Below are positions 34,444 through 45,636 of a stretch of DNA of 64,000 nt, piece after piece. Made by a program: the position numbers and the translations under genes. The stretch spans positions 186,001-250,000 of the forward strand of contig OZ025696.1 of the NCBI GenBank assembly GCA_964019335.1, read 5' to 3'. The number at the start of each line of letters is the position of its first letter. Position 1 is the first letter of the stretch. The stretch is from Diplonema japonicum (taxonomy: Eukaryota > Protista > Euglenozoa: Diplonemea). The notes beneath the pieces were generated by a model. That model was not told the DNA's origin. It saw only the letters and a program-made list of their open reading frames with translations, and did not search any database.

Positions 34444-35208
34444 TCAGCCGGACAAAAACGAAACAAGCTGCTCCACATCCGCGAGGTAGAAGTGGGACGT
34501 GGGGGGCTTATTCGTCTGCAACAAAGGCGCCGTCAGCAGCTCGACCCTCTCACCCGTCATCCCGTCGTGGGGTCTCAAGGTGTTCGAATCCGCATAGGCC
34601 AAAGACGCAACTAGCTTGTTCCCCTGCGCCTCATTGAACTTAACAGCATGATCAGAACTACGAACTACGGCAAACCGTGCGCCGGAAGCTTTGCAGCTGG
34701 AATAGAGCATAGGGCTGAGGGCCATCATCCCCCCACGGAGTGATGTAACTGCCCTGCCAATTTCAAGGATAACCTCGTTGTTTTCGAAAGCCGTGAGGAA
34801 TTCATTGTAGATAGTACAGGAATCTCTTTCTTTTTCCATTACTTCAAAGGCTTTGCAGTCGAGCTCTGCCAGGTAGTCCACAATGTTGCTGTATTTCTTG
34901 ATTGCGCTTAACGAGCTTGTCGCGCCTTCTTTTATCTTGTCCAGTCTGTCGAACCGCAGCCCGGCTGCCATCGCTACGAGTTGTCCATTCTCCACCATCG
35001 CGAGACTGACCTCGTGGTCCCCCATGTTGTCCACAATGTGCTCTGTGTAGGTGGTAGTGTACTCGTTAATGTCATCAGAGCTGTCGAAGCTGCACGCCAC
35101 TAGGTAGTTTTGTCTTGTGTAACCGTGTTTGATCAGCACCCCTGCCTGTTGTCTCAGGTCTCCCGTTACGTTCTCTTTCTTCGTTAGGTCCAATATTATT
35201 CGATTCAT
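34444..35208 (-). CDS. Possible GNAT (AANAT-like) acetyltransferase fold
   Basis: ATG 35208; C-terminal CKASGARFAVV...QGNKLVASLAYAD resembles the AANAT end; acetyl-CoA motif A is degenerate. Confidence 0.5.
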   Translation of the reverse strand: MNRIILDLTKKENVTGDLRQQAGVLIKHGYTRQNYLVACSFDSSDDINEYTTTYTEHIVDNMGDHEVSLAMVENGQLVAMAAGLRFDRLDKIKEGATSSLSAIKKYSNIVDYLAELDCKAFEVMEKERDSCTIYNEFLTAFENNEVILEIGRAVTSLRGGMMALSPMLYSSCKASGARFAVVRSSDHAVKFNEAQGNKLVASLAYADSNTLRPHDGMTGERVELLTAPLLQTNKPPTSHFYLADVEQLVSFLSG

Positions 35209-35439
35209 TATCAGGGGGGGGGGATAAATATTATGGAACCCCCTATTTTTTTTCCTTCTTTTTTCTCTCGGTAAAACATAAAAAAAAAAAAAAAAATAGA
35301 AGAAAAAAGAAAATACACAAAAAAAAAAAAAAAAAAAAAAAGAAAGGAAAAGAAAACTCATAGACAATCCCACTGGAGGACAGCCTCATGTGGTCTGAGT
35401 TCCTATCTATTAATTAAATTAAGCCCTGCCTCCGATCGT

Positions 35440-35690
35440 TGTGAGCGACTTGACCCTCTTGGCCCCGTCTGCAGGGAAGGGGCGTCTTTATTCGTCTCGT
35501 TCTGCACACTGCGTTGCCTTCCCTTGCATGTTGAAGACTCCCAGCGACTTACCGGTCGTCTCCTCGAAGTCGATTGCAAGTTCAGTAGCATTGAAACCTC
35601 CGAGTCGGTGTCGCCCTCCACCCACCGCAGCTTTCCCATCCATTCCAGTAGTGGTTCCCCGAATTGCTCCATCAGTCCCACCAGCCGTCG
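35440..35690 (-). mobile_element. Frameshifted relic of a non-LTR retrotransposon C-terminal domain
   Basis: PLLEWMGKLRW and ELAIDFEETTG resemble PVLRWLGGLLW and ELALDFEREM in the 42-45 kb element. Confidence 0.65.
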
Positions 35691-36678
35691 GAATAAAAAA
35701 AAAGGGCAAGCCCCCGATGAAAGAAAAATTTCACTATGGGCTGGGGGGGGAATGTTTCTAAAAGTTTTTTTTTTGTGATTCCAAAAAAAAGAAAAAGAGG
35801 GGGGGGAAAAAAAGAATACATATTCACACATCCACCGAGTCGGTGTCGCCCTCCACCCTCTTCTACCTCAGTCTGCTGGATCCTATAAAATACAAAAGAC
35901 ACACACATTATCCCCTCCTCTCGCGGGGACCTTTACTTTTGCTTTTCTCGGTTGGTTTGCCGCTCTTTCATGAGATAACCCCCCCCCCCCCGAGTACCCG
36001 ACACCAAACTGTATTCTAATGCTGGTTCTTTTGCGGATTTTGGTTTTTTTTTCCTTTTTTTCCTCTTTTCTCCAGTACTGAGATGATCTAAAAAAAAAAA
36101 AAAAAAAAAATAGGAAAAGACGGTAGCACCCTCTTCCCCTCTATGTTCTTTTCTTAATTCTTTCAAAACTGTGATTCAACATAACGGGAGGGGAGATGGA
36201 GGGGTGAAAAAAAAATGGAAGAAAAAAGAGAAAAAAAAAAACGCTTTGCACATCTCTAAAACCCGTGTAGCACCCCTTGTGTCCGGCAGAAAACTGCGAG
36301 CGCAGGAAATTCTAAAAGGTCTCCTGGCATTTTTTTTTTTTTTTGAAGGGGCGAGATGATTCCATAGATTTTCAAGGTCGGCCTGAAGGAGGCAAGCACT
36401 CCGTTTTTTTTTTTCCCCGTTTTTTTCTTCTGACAATTGATTTTCTTTTGTTGCATTTTCCGGAGTGGCTCCCGGTAATTTGAACCTAACGTTCTCAAGA
36501 GGGAAAAAAAAAAGTGCCTAATATCATTGGGATTGACCACGACAGGCTTTAGAGAATACGGTGCGTAAAAGTGCTACGAAATAGGGGTTTTTTTTTTTTT
36601 TTTTGAGTAATATAGTTTCCCTTCTTTCTTTTTTTTTTTCAATAAATTGAATTTTTTTAAGACTCCTCATCTAACTCG

Positions 36679-38856
36679 TCAATCGGAATAAGTACTACAA
36701 TAGCAGTGTGCAAATCTGGGGATTTTTTTTTTTTTTTTTTTTTTTTCCCCATAAAATATTTCCCCGTTCACACCTGCATGGCTAAGCAAAGGCCCTTCTA
36801 CCGAAATCCTATACCTACTAGCAAAGAATGATCCCAACGAGAAGCTGCTCAACAACACGGACGGAACAGAGCTGGACTCCCCCCCACGGACAGGCAACCT
36901 AAAAATGCTTGGTATATCCTCCCCGGAAAACACCGCCTTTTCCGACATAAAAGAAACGGGCACAGACAGAGACGGTGGGGGAACATCGACATTCGGAGCA
37001 CATCTAACAGCATGTCCAGGGAAAACATCATTACCCTTATCGGCACACGTGTCACAGTGACCTGTTCGAATTGGCAGGTTTAGCAAGGACATAAGACCAC
37101 CTTCTGACGAAACAAGCAAACGGAGAACACTCTGCTGGTCATAAGGAGGCTTGTCCAAGCTGACAATGGATGTAACAGGGCGTTCCGGGTGCAACGTGGT
37201 GAGAAGATTGGCCCCACACCCTGCTACAGTCACCATGGAGACCGAACCGTTCTGATGCCCAGCTACCAACACCCCCGAAGCCGCGTCCCAATGAAGCGCA
37301 GTTACTCCTGCCAATGGAATCTTCTGAAGTAACGATTTCCCAACGTTCAAACTTACACAATGAGATGACGCGAGCACCGTACATACATTTATACCCGTTG
37401 AAATGTACGCTCTGCATGGCACGAGTTCGATGGGGAATGTTATATCACTCGCCTCGCGAAATCCGATTTTTGAGTAGATACCGAAAGCCTTGGTGCTTCC
37501 GTTCGTTAGGCTCACTACTACGTACGGCTTATTGCAGTGAACTAACCACGAACAGGATTCTACAGCTTCCATGATGATGATCCCTTTGCATTGCAAAGTA
37601 GACGCCAGGATTCGTTTCTCCTCGTGCAGTGCGTACGGGGTTGGGTGCGGGACAACCATGAAACCTACCCAGTAGCTGCCTTTCTTCCCCGGTCCGACGA
37701 TAACCGCCGCCACACCCGATTTGTCCTGACCGGAACCTTCCAACCATGAGACGGACTTTATATTACCAGAGGACGAGTTAAGGTTTGGGCGCACAGCCCA
37801 GCCTCTAACCATACCGGGTGTCGTTAATAGAATATAAGGATTCATCTTTCCCGCACCAACTACAGACATCGTGGTAATGTGTTCAGAAGGGGTCAACGAA
37901 GCGTATGTAAGTCTGCTCGCCCACCAGCTGAAGTCCAACAATCTTCTGTTCGATGCAAACCGTTTTCCATTGACCATCGGCCGCGTGTCGTCTGGCGGAG
38001 CGATCGAGATTTTAGTGGTGGACAACAAACGAGGGTGGCGGTTGAATAGTTCATAACATGACATCGGTTCGGCGTTTGCTGGAACGGTGACAGAAGAGGT
38101 CTCGGAATTAGAAGAAGAAGAAGAAGAAGAAGAAGAAGAAGAAGAAGACGACGAAGAGGTGTTTCTCTTCTTTCGTATCCGTTTCACTGGTTTCGCAAGC
38201 GAGGGTTCCACAACGGTGGTGGCGGAGGATGTGGTCGAACTGCCCGACGATGTACTGGACGACGAAACATCATCTTCAGGAACTTTTCTCTTCACACTCT
38301 TTTTCACCAACGGAGTACTTGACGATGAAGAAGACGTTGAAGACGAAGCCAACGCAATAATCTTCTCCTCAACTGTGGATGATGATGATGTGGATTCTTG
38401 CGATGATGTTGCAGCTTTGCGTTTAGATCTGCTTGCCACTCGGCGCACTTTACTGCTAGAACGTGATGAAGAGGATGATGAAGAAGAAGAAGAAGAAGAG
38501 GAGGAAGAAGAAGAAGACGAGGAAGAAGATGTCGAAGAAAACGATCGATTCTTCACCACATCGTTGCGGTTCAGAAACAACATTTTACTGGGCAGTTTTG
38601 TATCCTTAATCCTCCACAGGTAATGGTTGTGTCCAAACTTACATCTGCATAGAGGACACAGGTCGAAGTCTCTGCACCTTCCGCACTTCCACCTGACGCC
38701 TGTGATGTCTTTCCCACATTTGTCGCACTCAAAGGCGATTCCCTTCAGCATGCGATACAGAGGCTCTGGTTCGCCTTCAGGAGGTGGGTTTGGCTGCTGG
38801 CCCATCTCGATTTTGAACCATCTCTGTTTGGCTGAACTTTTCTTTTTGGGAGGCAT
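36679..38856 (-). CDS. ZZ zinc finger + Ser-rich region + WD40-like propeller
   Basis: CDKC...GVRWKCGRCRDFDLCPLC; VTALHWD...LVAGHQNGSV; exact 3' end uncertain because of an A-run. Confidence 0.8.
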   Translation of the reverse strand: MPPKKKSSAKQRWFKIEMGQQPNPPPEGEPEPLYRMLKGIAFECDKCGKDITGVRWKCGRCRDFDLCPLCRCKFGHNHYLWRIKDTKLPSKMLFLNRNDVVKNRSFSSTSSSSSSSSSSSSSSSSSSSSSSRSSSKVRRVASRSKRKAATSSQESTSSSSTVEEKIIALASSSTSSSSSSTPLVKKSVKRKVPEDDVSSSSTSSGSSTTSSATTVVEPSLAKPVKRIRKKRNTSSSSSSSSSSSSSSSSNSETSSVTVPANAEPMSCYELFNRHPRLLSTTKISIAPPDDTRPMVNGKRFASNRRLLDFSWWASRLTYASLTPSEHITTMSVVGAGKMNPYILLTTPGMVRGWAVRPNLNSSSGNIKSVSWLEGSGQDKSGVAAVIVGPGKKGSYWVGFMVVPHPTPYALHEEKRILASTLQCKGIIIMEAVESCSWLVHCNKPYVVVSLTNGSTKAFGIYSKIGFREASDITFPIELVPCRAYISTGINVCTVLASSHCVSLNVGKSLLQKIPLAGVTALHWDAASGVLVAGHQNGSVSMVTVAGCGANLLTTLHPERPVTSIVSLDKPPYDQQSVLRLLVSSEGGLMSLLNLPIRTGHCDTCADKGNDVFPGHAVRCAPNVDVPPPSLSVPVSFMSEKAVFSGEDIPSIFRLPVRGGESSSVPSVLLSSFSLGSFFASRYRISVEGPLLSHAGVNGEIFYGEKKKKKKKIPRFAHCYCSTYSD

Positions 38857-39389
38857 TTTTTTTTTTTTATTTCTGATTCAGCCACTGCTTCATTGTTTTC
38901 TCTCTTTTTTACCCCCCCTCCTTCTTTCTTTTTCGTTGTTGTCCTGTTTATTCTTTTTGTTATCGAAAATGAACAGGGGGGGGGGGGGGATATATATTTT
39001 ACCGTAAAAACAGTAAAATTGAAATATAAAACCCCTCGCCCTCGGGAGGGTAAGGAAGGAAGGAAGGAAGAGAAAAGAGAGGGGAAAAGAAAAAGCGAGA
39101 AGGAAAAGAAAAAAAAAAAAAAGCGGAACGATCAAGTGTGGAGAGAACAAGGAGGACCTCGGTAAAAAAAAAAAAAAGAAGAAAAAAAAGAGACATTTAA
39201 GGGTACCTGCGGTATGTGGCAGGACGCCTGAAAAAAAGAAAAGAAAAAAAGCGAATATTTAAGGCTAGTCGCCTTCGGCAATTAAAAAAAAAAAAAAAAA
39301 CAATTTATTGGTATGGAACCCATAATAAAAAAAAAAAAAAAATGAAATGGAATGAAAGAAAAATTACCCCTCTCCTTTTAGAAATTAAC

Positions 39390-40252
39390 CAGGCCCCCCG
39401 GTAAGGTGGGGATAGACCGGCGATCGCCGGTCTAAGCAATTCTTTTTGAAAACGTCGACGGTCTACGGACAGACCGGCGAATTTCTAGTACCTGCGGTAG
39501 GCCATAAGGGGGCAGGGGTTGCCCCTTTCTCTTTTTATTAATCAAGGGGTGAGTTGGTTTCAGTCCGCATTGCATTGCCTGCACCCACTGAATAATAAAC
39601 TGCAGAAGAGTTCCCTCTCCATCGGTTCTGTGAACAAGATGCTTGATGGAGTAATCATGAAGCTCGCTGAATCGGCAGCTCATGTCGAGAACCCCCCATG
39701 GACGAACTTGTGTCCCACGGAGTCCAACTCAGTTCCACGGCATCCAGTCTGTACCACGAAGAAGGCTCAGGCCCGAAATCGAAACAGCTAAGCAGTTGGT
39801 CGAGCCGTTGCTTCACCACTTAGGCAATCAGTTCTCCATAGAACTTGGCAAAGAGGCAAAGGATAAAGTGTGGAAGAGGGTGCAGCAGCTGAAGCAAGCT
39901 GCTCCTCGTGTTCACAAGGCTCAGGACATCAATTAAACCTGAGAAACTGAACCGTCTATTGGTGATAAGCACTGGGGGCAGATGTTCCGAGTGAAGACCT
40001 CATCAGTTGCGTCATAAGACGGTTTCATGATATGCCGACAAGCAGACGGCATGTGAACCTTACTGAGGCTGAGTTTCTGGAGGAGTAGCACAAACGTTCA
40101 GGGAGAAAAAAAAAAAAAAAGTGTTCAAGCCAACGAGAGGCCCAATTAACGTCCCCTATTTTTATTTTTTTTTGATAAAAAAAGGGTCAAAAAATCGGCC
40201 AAAAAGCACCGCAGGTCTATCGAAAAAAACCCATTTTGAACCGGGGGCCCTG
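39390..40252 (+). mobile_element. Non-autonomous hAT-like element with 8-bp TSD
   Basis: TIRs CAGGCCCCCCGG / CCGGGGGCCCTG; AATTAACC on both sides (the left copy overlaps the terminal C); palindrome 39413-39434; transposase-like remnants (LHPLNNKLQKSSLSI). Confidence 0.75.
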
Positions 40253-40296
40253 AATTAACCTTTTTTTTTTTTTTTTTTCTTTTGGCATGCAGCCGG

Positions 40297-40352
<56 letters not shown>

Positions 40353-40439
40353 TGTCTTTGAGGGAACCTGCAGTATGTGACAGGATCGCCTAAAAAAAAT
40401 AGCGATTTCACTTCTTCGAGTGAAAACTTTTTTTTTTTT

Positions 40440-41204
40440 TTACTTTTTAGCGTCTCTCTTGTAGGTACCAAAAATCACATCCCACAGCATAATGTACTGC
40501 CCGTAGTTGGTATTGACATCTACTCGGTGGTGGACATCGTGGGCCGACACGGAGAAAAGATGCTCAGTAACCTCCGCCGCGAACCGGGTGTGGTTGAGAG
40601 AGGCCGCGTAACCACCGATAACAATAAAGGCGACAACGGTCAGAATATTGAGCGGAAAAAGCACCTTGGAGACCAGGTAGAGCGAAAACAAATGGTCGTA
40701 ATTTCCAACAATAAACTCAAAAGGATGCGTATTGATAGCATCAGTATTCCCCCGGAACGGAGAATGCTGTTGGTGGTGGTGCTTATGTATAACAGGATAA
40801 ACAGAAGGGTGATGCAGCCCTCTGTGGAACATGTAATAGAAAAACTCATATATTATAAACAAGCTGATCAGCTGCGCTATCGAAATGAAAAGGGCAAATT
40901 CGTTGATGTTCCACTCGCAGGCAACCCAAGCCCATTGGCCGGTGTGGTACGTGAAAATAACTGTTATGAACTTGTTCACCATGACGCACCACCGGTCATA
41001 ACTGTCCATTTCGTGCTTTGCAAATTTTCCCTCGGGGAGCCGCGCGCCCTTGTGATGGATGACCGGTGGTGACACGACGTAACCCCAAAACCCCGAGTAC
41101 ACCCCGATGACCAGAACGGCCCACCACAGGTAGTCAACTGCTTGCATCGTGCTTCCTAGCCCGTCTGTCAAAAATCGATTCGCCGACGCTGGTACCGCAT
41201 CCAT
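40440..41204 (-). CDS. Fatty acid hydroxylase / sterol desaturase family protein
   Basis: His boxes HRGLH, HKHHH and HDVHH; NYG...WD..FGT. Confidence 0.92.
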   Translation of the reverse strand: MDAVPASANRFLTDGLGSTMQAVDYLWWAVLVIGVYSGFWGYVVSPPVIHHKGARLPEGKFAKHEMDSYDRWCVMVNKFITVIFTYHTGQWAWVACEWNINEFALFISIAQLISLFIIYEFFYYMFHRGLHHPSVYPVIHKHHHQQHSPFRGNTDAINTHPFEFIVGNYDHLFSLYLVSKVLFPLNILTVVAFIVIGGYAASLNHTRFAAEVTEHLFSVSAHDVHHRVDVNTNYGQYIMLWDVIFGTYKRDAKK

Positions 41205-42209
41205 TTTTTTTTTTCCCTTTCTTTTTTTGGAAAAAGCCGTGTGTTATTCCCTTTTTTTCTTTTTCGAGCATTCAAAGCAACAATGAAAAAATAGGGGGGG
41301 GTACCGTAGATAGGCCTCCGGGATAAAAAGAAAAGAGGGAAAAAAAAAAAAGAGAAAAGAAGCGGGTATGCATTGGTCCTGTATGCTCCACGTGGGAGTC
41401 GGCGGGCTTAAGAGCGGGTAGCTAGGAGAGGTGGCGCCGTTCACCTGTACCATCACTACACTACGCAGCTTACCACATAAAGATGGTTCTATTTTGTGTT
41501 TCCCCCCAACCCCCCGTAAAGGAGTACAAACCCACTGTCAGTACTCGTGCTTGGATCCAGTTTTTGTGAGACGCCCCCTTGTTAAAAAAAAAGGGGGGGG
41601 AAAGAAAACTATCCAGAAAAACCCTGCCATGCATCGAGCATACGTGTTGTCTTTTCTCTTTTTCTTTTTTGAAGTACCGGATTTGGGCTTGTTGTGTACC
41701 TCTTTTTGTTTGTGAGCCCCCCATGGGAAATCAAACGAACCTGGAAGGTGCAGCCACTACAGGGACTGCGGGGAGGGCTTCGAGGCCTGATGATATCTGA
41801 TACTGTCCCAACTAGAAAAAGGGGGAAGGGGTAGAAAAGAATATAGGAGATAAGGAGGCCAGTGTTGGTGGTGCCCTGCACAAGAACTGTCTACTTGATT
41901 ACATGGGTTGTCGCCTAGCTGTGGCTTCTTCTGCGTCGTGTCCTTAATGCGTGCGGTGCGAAGCTCAACCCTAGCCGAGGGGCCCCCAAGATTCTGCGCT
42001 TGTGCAGTTTCCTGAGCATCTGCAATATGTTCTGGGATAATCTCCATGTTTATCTCCACCACCTGCAAAAAAAAAAAAAAAGAGTCGGCTGATTGTTTGT
42101 GCAAGCCGTTTTCACCTACAGTAGGGATAGACGGACAAGCTGCCTCTACTCTTTTTTGCAATAACAATTCTCTTTCAAAAATTTGTTTACTTGTTCCAGC
42201 AAAAAAAAA

Positions 42210-45200
42210 CTCGATCTATTTTTGCGGTGCGCTGGTTGGTGCCCACCGTGGACTGGGGATCCTACACGTGCCTGTCACCATTCTGCGGTTGCATCCTGGT
42301 GCCGGCCGTCGGGGTTTGCCTGTCCGTCATGGACGGCATTAAAAAAAAAAACTATTCTTTTAAGGTATGCGTTTTTGCGCTCACCGGCCGAGCTGCGCTT
42401 AGTCCCCGTTGTCCCCGTTCTGGGGGCTCTGGCGGGTTCCTACTGCGGTGGTCAAACTGCGGGGCAGCCTTGTCGGTGTCCGCGACTGGTACCTGTCCCG
42501 CAAGCCTTCGATGCTACTCATGGTTCGTTCCGGGAGTACTGGCCTCCTGTCATACCCGTGTGTGGTCGGTCCTCCGATACAGCGTAGGGAGTTGACGCGC
42601 TCCACTCGCGCCGCTGGGAACGCTACCCCTCTGCCATCAGCGTGGTACAGGTCCTGGACTCGTCTCAGCACATACCGTAGCCTCCTTGCCTTGACGCCCA
42701 GGTCCTCCACCTTGCCCACTTCCCCGCCGTCGTCCAGCAGCAGCTCCATCTCCCTCTCGAAGTCGAGGGCCAGCTCTAACGTCGTCACCGCCGTGTGCCG
42801 ACCAGGCGCGTCATCCCACAGCAGGCCTCCCAACCACCTCAGCACCGGCCCCAGCAGCTTGTCCATCACTGTTCCTGACGCTCCCAGCCTTCGCAGTTCA
42901 GACACCGTCGGCGTCGGGTGCGCCCTCCCCGTCACGACCGCCCGCCACGGGTAAGCTTGTGTCTGCAGTGCGCGGTTCGCATCCACCGCTGCATCCCTCC
43001 GCGTGACTACCTCCAGCAGGTACTTCTGCACCAGTAAGGCCCTTGGCTTGTCTTGGCAGCCTCTGGGCACCACCCCATGGAGCCTCGTCGCCTTCGGCAT
43101 AGCTGCCGGGTCCAGGTTCGCGTACTCCATCTTGCTCCGCACCGCGTCACCCGGCTCGCATCGCCAGAGGGCGTGTTCCAGCACCTCCGTGTAGCTGCCG
43201 AACCGTTCCTCACACGTCGCAGAGGTGCTGCAGCGGGTTGTTCGGTTCGGGTGGGTGCATAGGCAACACCGTAGAGGCAGGAGGGGAGAATGGAGCTGGT
43301 GAGGATCCTCGCCTTCTGTGTGAACCCCAGCGGCATGGCGGCCAGTCTCCCGCAAGCGCGTCCCATCGCCTCAAGGGGCTTCGCCCTGTGCTCGCCGTCC
43401 ATACATACCCGGACTCCCAGGACGCTGATCTCCTTCTTGGCTGTGAGCACCTCACGTCCGCACTTCACCGTTCCGTGCTCTGCCGTTGTGAACACGTCCG
43501 TCTTCTTCAGGTTGAGGTTCATCCCTGTCAGCAGAGAGAACTCGCACACCCCCGCTGCCGCCTTCTCCAGCGCGCTGAGCAGAGCTGCTATCAAGTAGAC
43601 GTCGTCCGCGTATGACAGGGAATCAGCGCCGGGCACCTCCGCCATGATGGCCTTCACCATCACCCCTACCAGCGCGTTCACCATCACCACCGAGATCGGA
43701 CCCCTGCAGGATGCCGTTCGACGTAGCAAACTCGTCGCCCACCCCTGTCGGGTACTTGAACCTCCGTCTGAGGGATTCGTACATCGTCTCCAGAGGGCGC
43801 AGTATGTTCTGATGCAGTCCCAGGTCCCCCATTAGCCCGAGCGCCACTTCCCGCGGGATTCGGTCGAAGCACTTGACAAAGTCTAGCGCGAGCCCATACA
43901 TCGACATTCCCGATAGCAGAGCTTCTTCGAGCTGCGTCGTCAGTTCCAGCAGTAGCGTGTCCGTACCCCTCCTCGATCTAAACCCATGTTGTGACGCGTC
44001 GGCCCACGACTCCTGCCAGACCAAGATGCGTCTCATCCTCGTTGTCGCCCACAGCCTGTACACGGCGCTGGTGACGGTGATCGGGCGGTGGTCCAACGGG
44101 GCTCTGCCCTCACCTTTCGGGATCAGAGAGACAAGCGCTGTCAATAGCGCCTCCGGCCACTCGCCGGTCTCCTCGACGACGTTGAAGAGCTGCGCCCACC
44201 TCTCGAGCAGCGCGTCAGGTATAGCCTTCAGTTCCGTGATCCTCCAGCCGTCGACGCCTGGGGTGCCCCTCGCAGGCCTGCTGTTTAACACCTCCCTGAG
44301 GTCGCCCCCCGTGATCGGCTCCAGTTCCATGGGGTGCTTATCGATATATCCGCCATACCTCTCTTTGAAAGCAGCGTAGGAAGGTCGGTCACTTTTGTCT
44401 GGGTACAGGTGGAAGACGGAGGCCCATGCCCCCCTCATCAGCGCGTCTATCTCCCCCAGATCTACCGTCAGCCTGCCGTCCTCCTTCGCGACTGCCAGTG
44501 TGTGAACATCCTTGTCACCTCTAACGTAAGCTACGATCCTCCGCCTGTCGTCACGGAAATCAGCTGCCACCCGCTTCCTATAACTTGCTTCGTTCTCCAG
44601 GCGTTGCCGCATCACCGTGTCTCTGTCAGCCTGCTCCGCCGCAGCCTCCAGGCTAGCCCCCCGTAGCAGGTCCTTGTCCGCACGACCCCAAGGTGCATCT
44701 TCTCGGCCAGCTTGACGATGTTCCGCCACGTCCCGTGCAGCATCGCTGGCAGCGACCCCGGCCCACCACGCAGCAGTGCCTCGTTCAGCCCCGTCCTGAG
44801 CGCCACGATTTTCCTCCTGAGGCTGCCGTGCAGCTGGCCTCGTGCGGCAGCTCCCCCTGACGTCCCCGTCGACTTCGCTGCTACCATCTTCTCCGTCAGC
44901 TCTCGCGGCTCTCCTCTGCCTACGTACGACCTCACCTCCGTCACTCCGGCTGAGCTCAGCATATAGCGTTCGGTAGCGCAGCTCAGCAAGGCGTAGAGGC
45001 CCCCCACGTCCCTGGCGTCAACTGCTTGGTGGATTGCGTCGTCGCCGGCAAGCCCTTGGTCAAGATCAGCGTCGGGCGTAACCGCTCCCACCGGTAGCTC
45101 CTTCGGGAGGAAGAAACGTTTCGTCCGCTTCTTGAGCGTCGGCGTGAAGAGCTCAACGGACAGACACAGGTGCTCCCCGGTCCGCACCCTCTTGTGTGTC

Positions 45201-45515
45201 CAGAAGCGTTTCAGCGCTCCGGCAGCCACCGCGTTGGCTAGGACGAAGTCTATCCGCGTCTTCGTCTCCGTCCCGGGTCGTTCGAAGGTGTGGTCCGGTT
45301 CCCGTCCGTCCTTCTCGGCCTGAAGCGCCCCGACGTCGACCCAGTCGTTTTCCACCGTGTGTTTCAGCGTCGCTGACCCGGAAACGTCCGTGTTCAGATC
45401 CCCCAAGACCAGGATCGGTACCTCCCCGAGCTTAGCCCTCAGTTCAACGAGCAGCGAGTGTAGGAGTCGTTCCCTGTCAGCCTTCCCGTAGTGGCCGGCG
45501 CTGCAGTACACCGTG
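42210..45515 (-). mobile_element. 5'-truncated, frameshifted APE-RT non-LTR retrotransposon
   Basis: APE motifs GDLN and RIDF; RT motifs PGVDG, IPK, RPI, DFVKCFD, GILQG and YADD; Cys/His motif near the C-terminus; at least three frameshifts (~44.7, 43.7, 43.25 kb). Confidence 0.9.
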
Positions 45516-45605
45516 ATGAAAAAAAAAAAAAAAAAAAAAAACAGAACGAATGTTATTTCAAGCCCCTTTGGAAAAAGGAGCTCCCTCCCTCCACATGTTT
45601 CTTTT

Positions 45606-45635
<30 letters not shown>

Positions 45636-45636
<1 letters not shown>

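Noticed and set aside
38087-38623. Acidic + strand ORF
   Set aside because: Antisense of the poly-Ser tract of the ZZ-finger gene.
41330-41820. Complex sequence islands upstream of the desaturase (similar at 36250-36560 and 58560-58780)
   Set aside because: No supportable ORF, splice model or RNA family; left unannotated.
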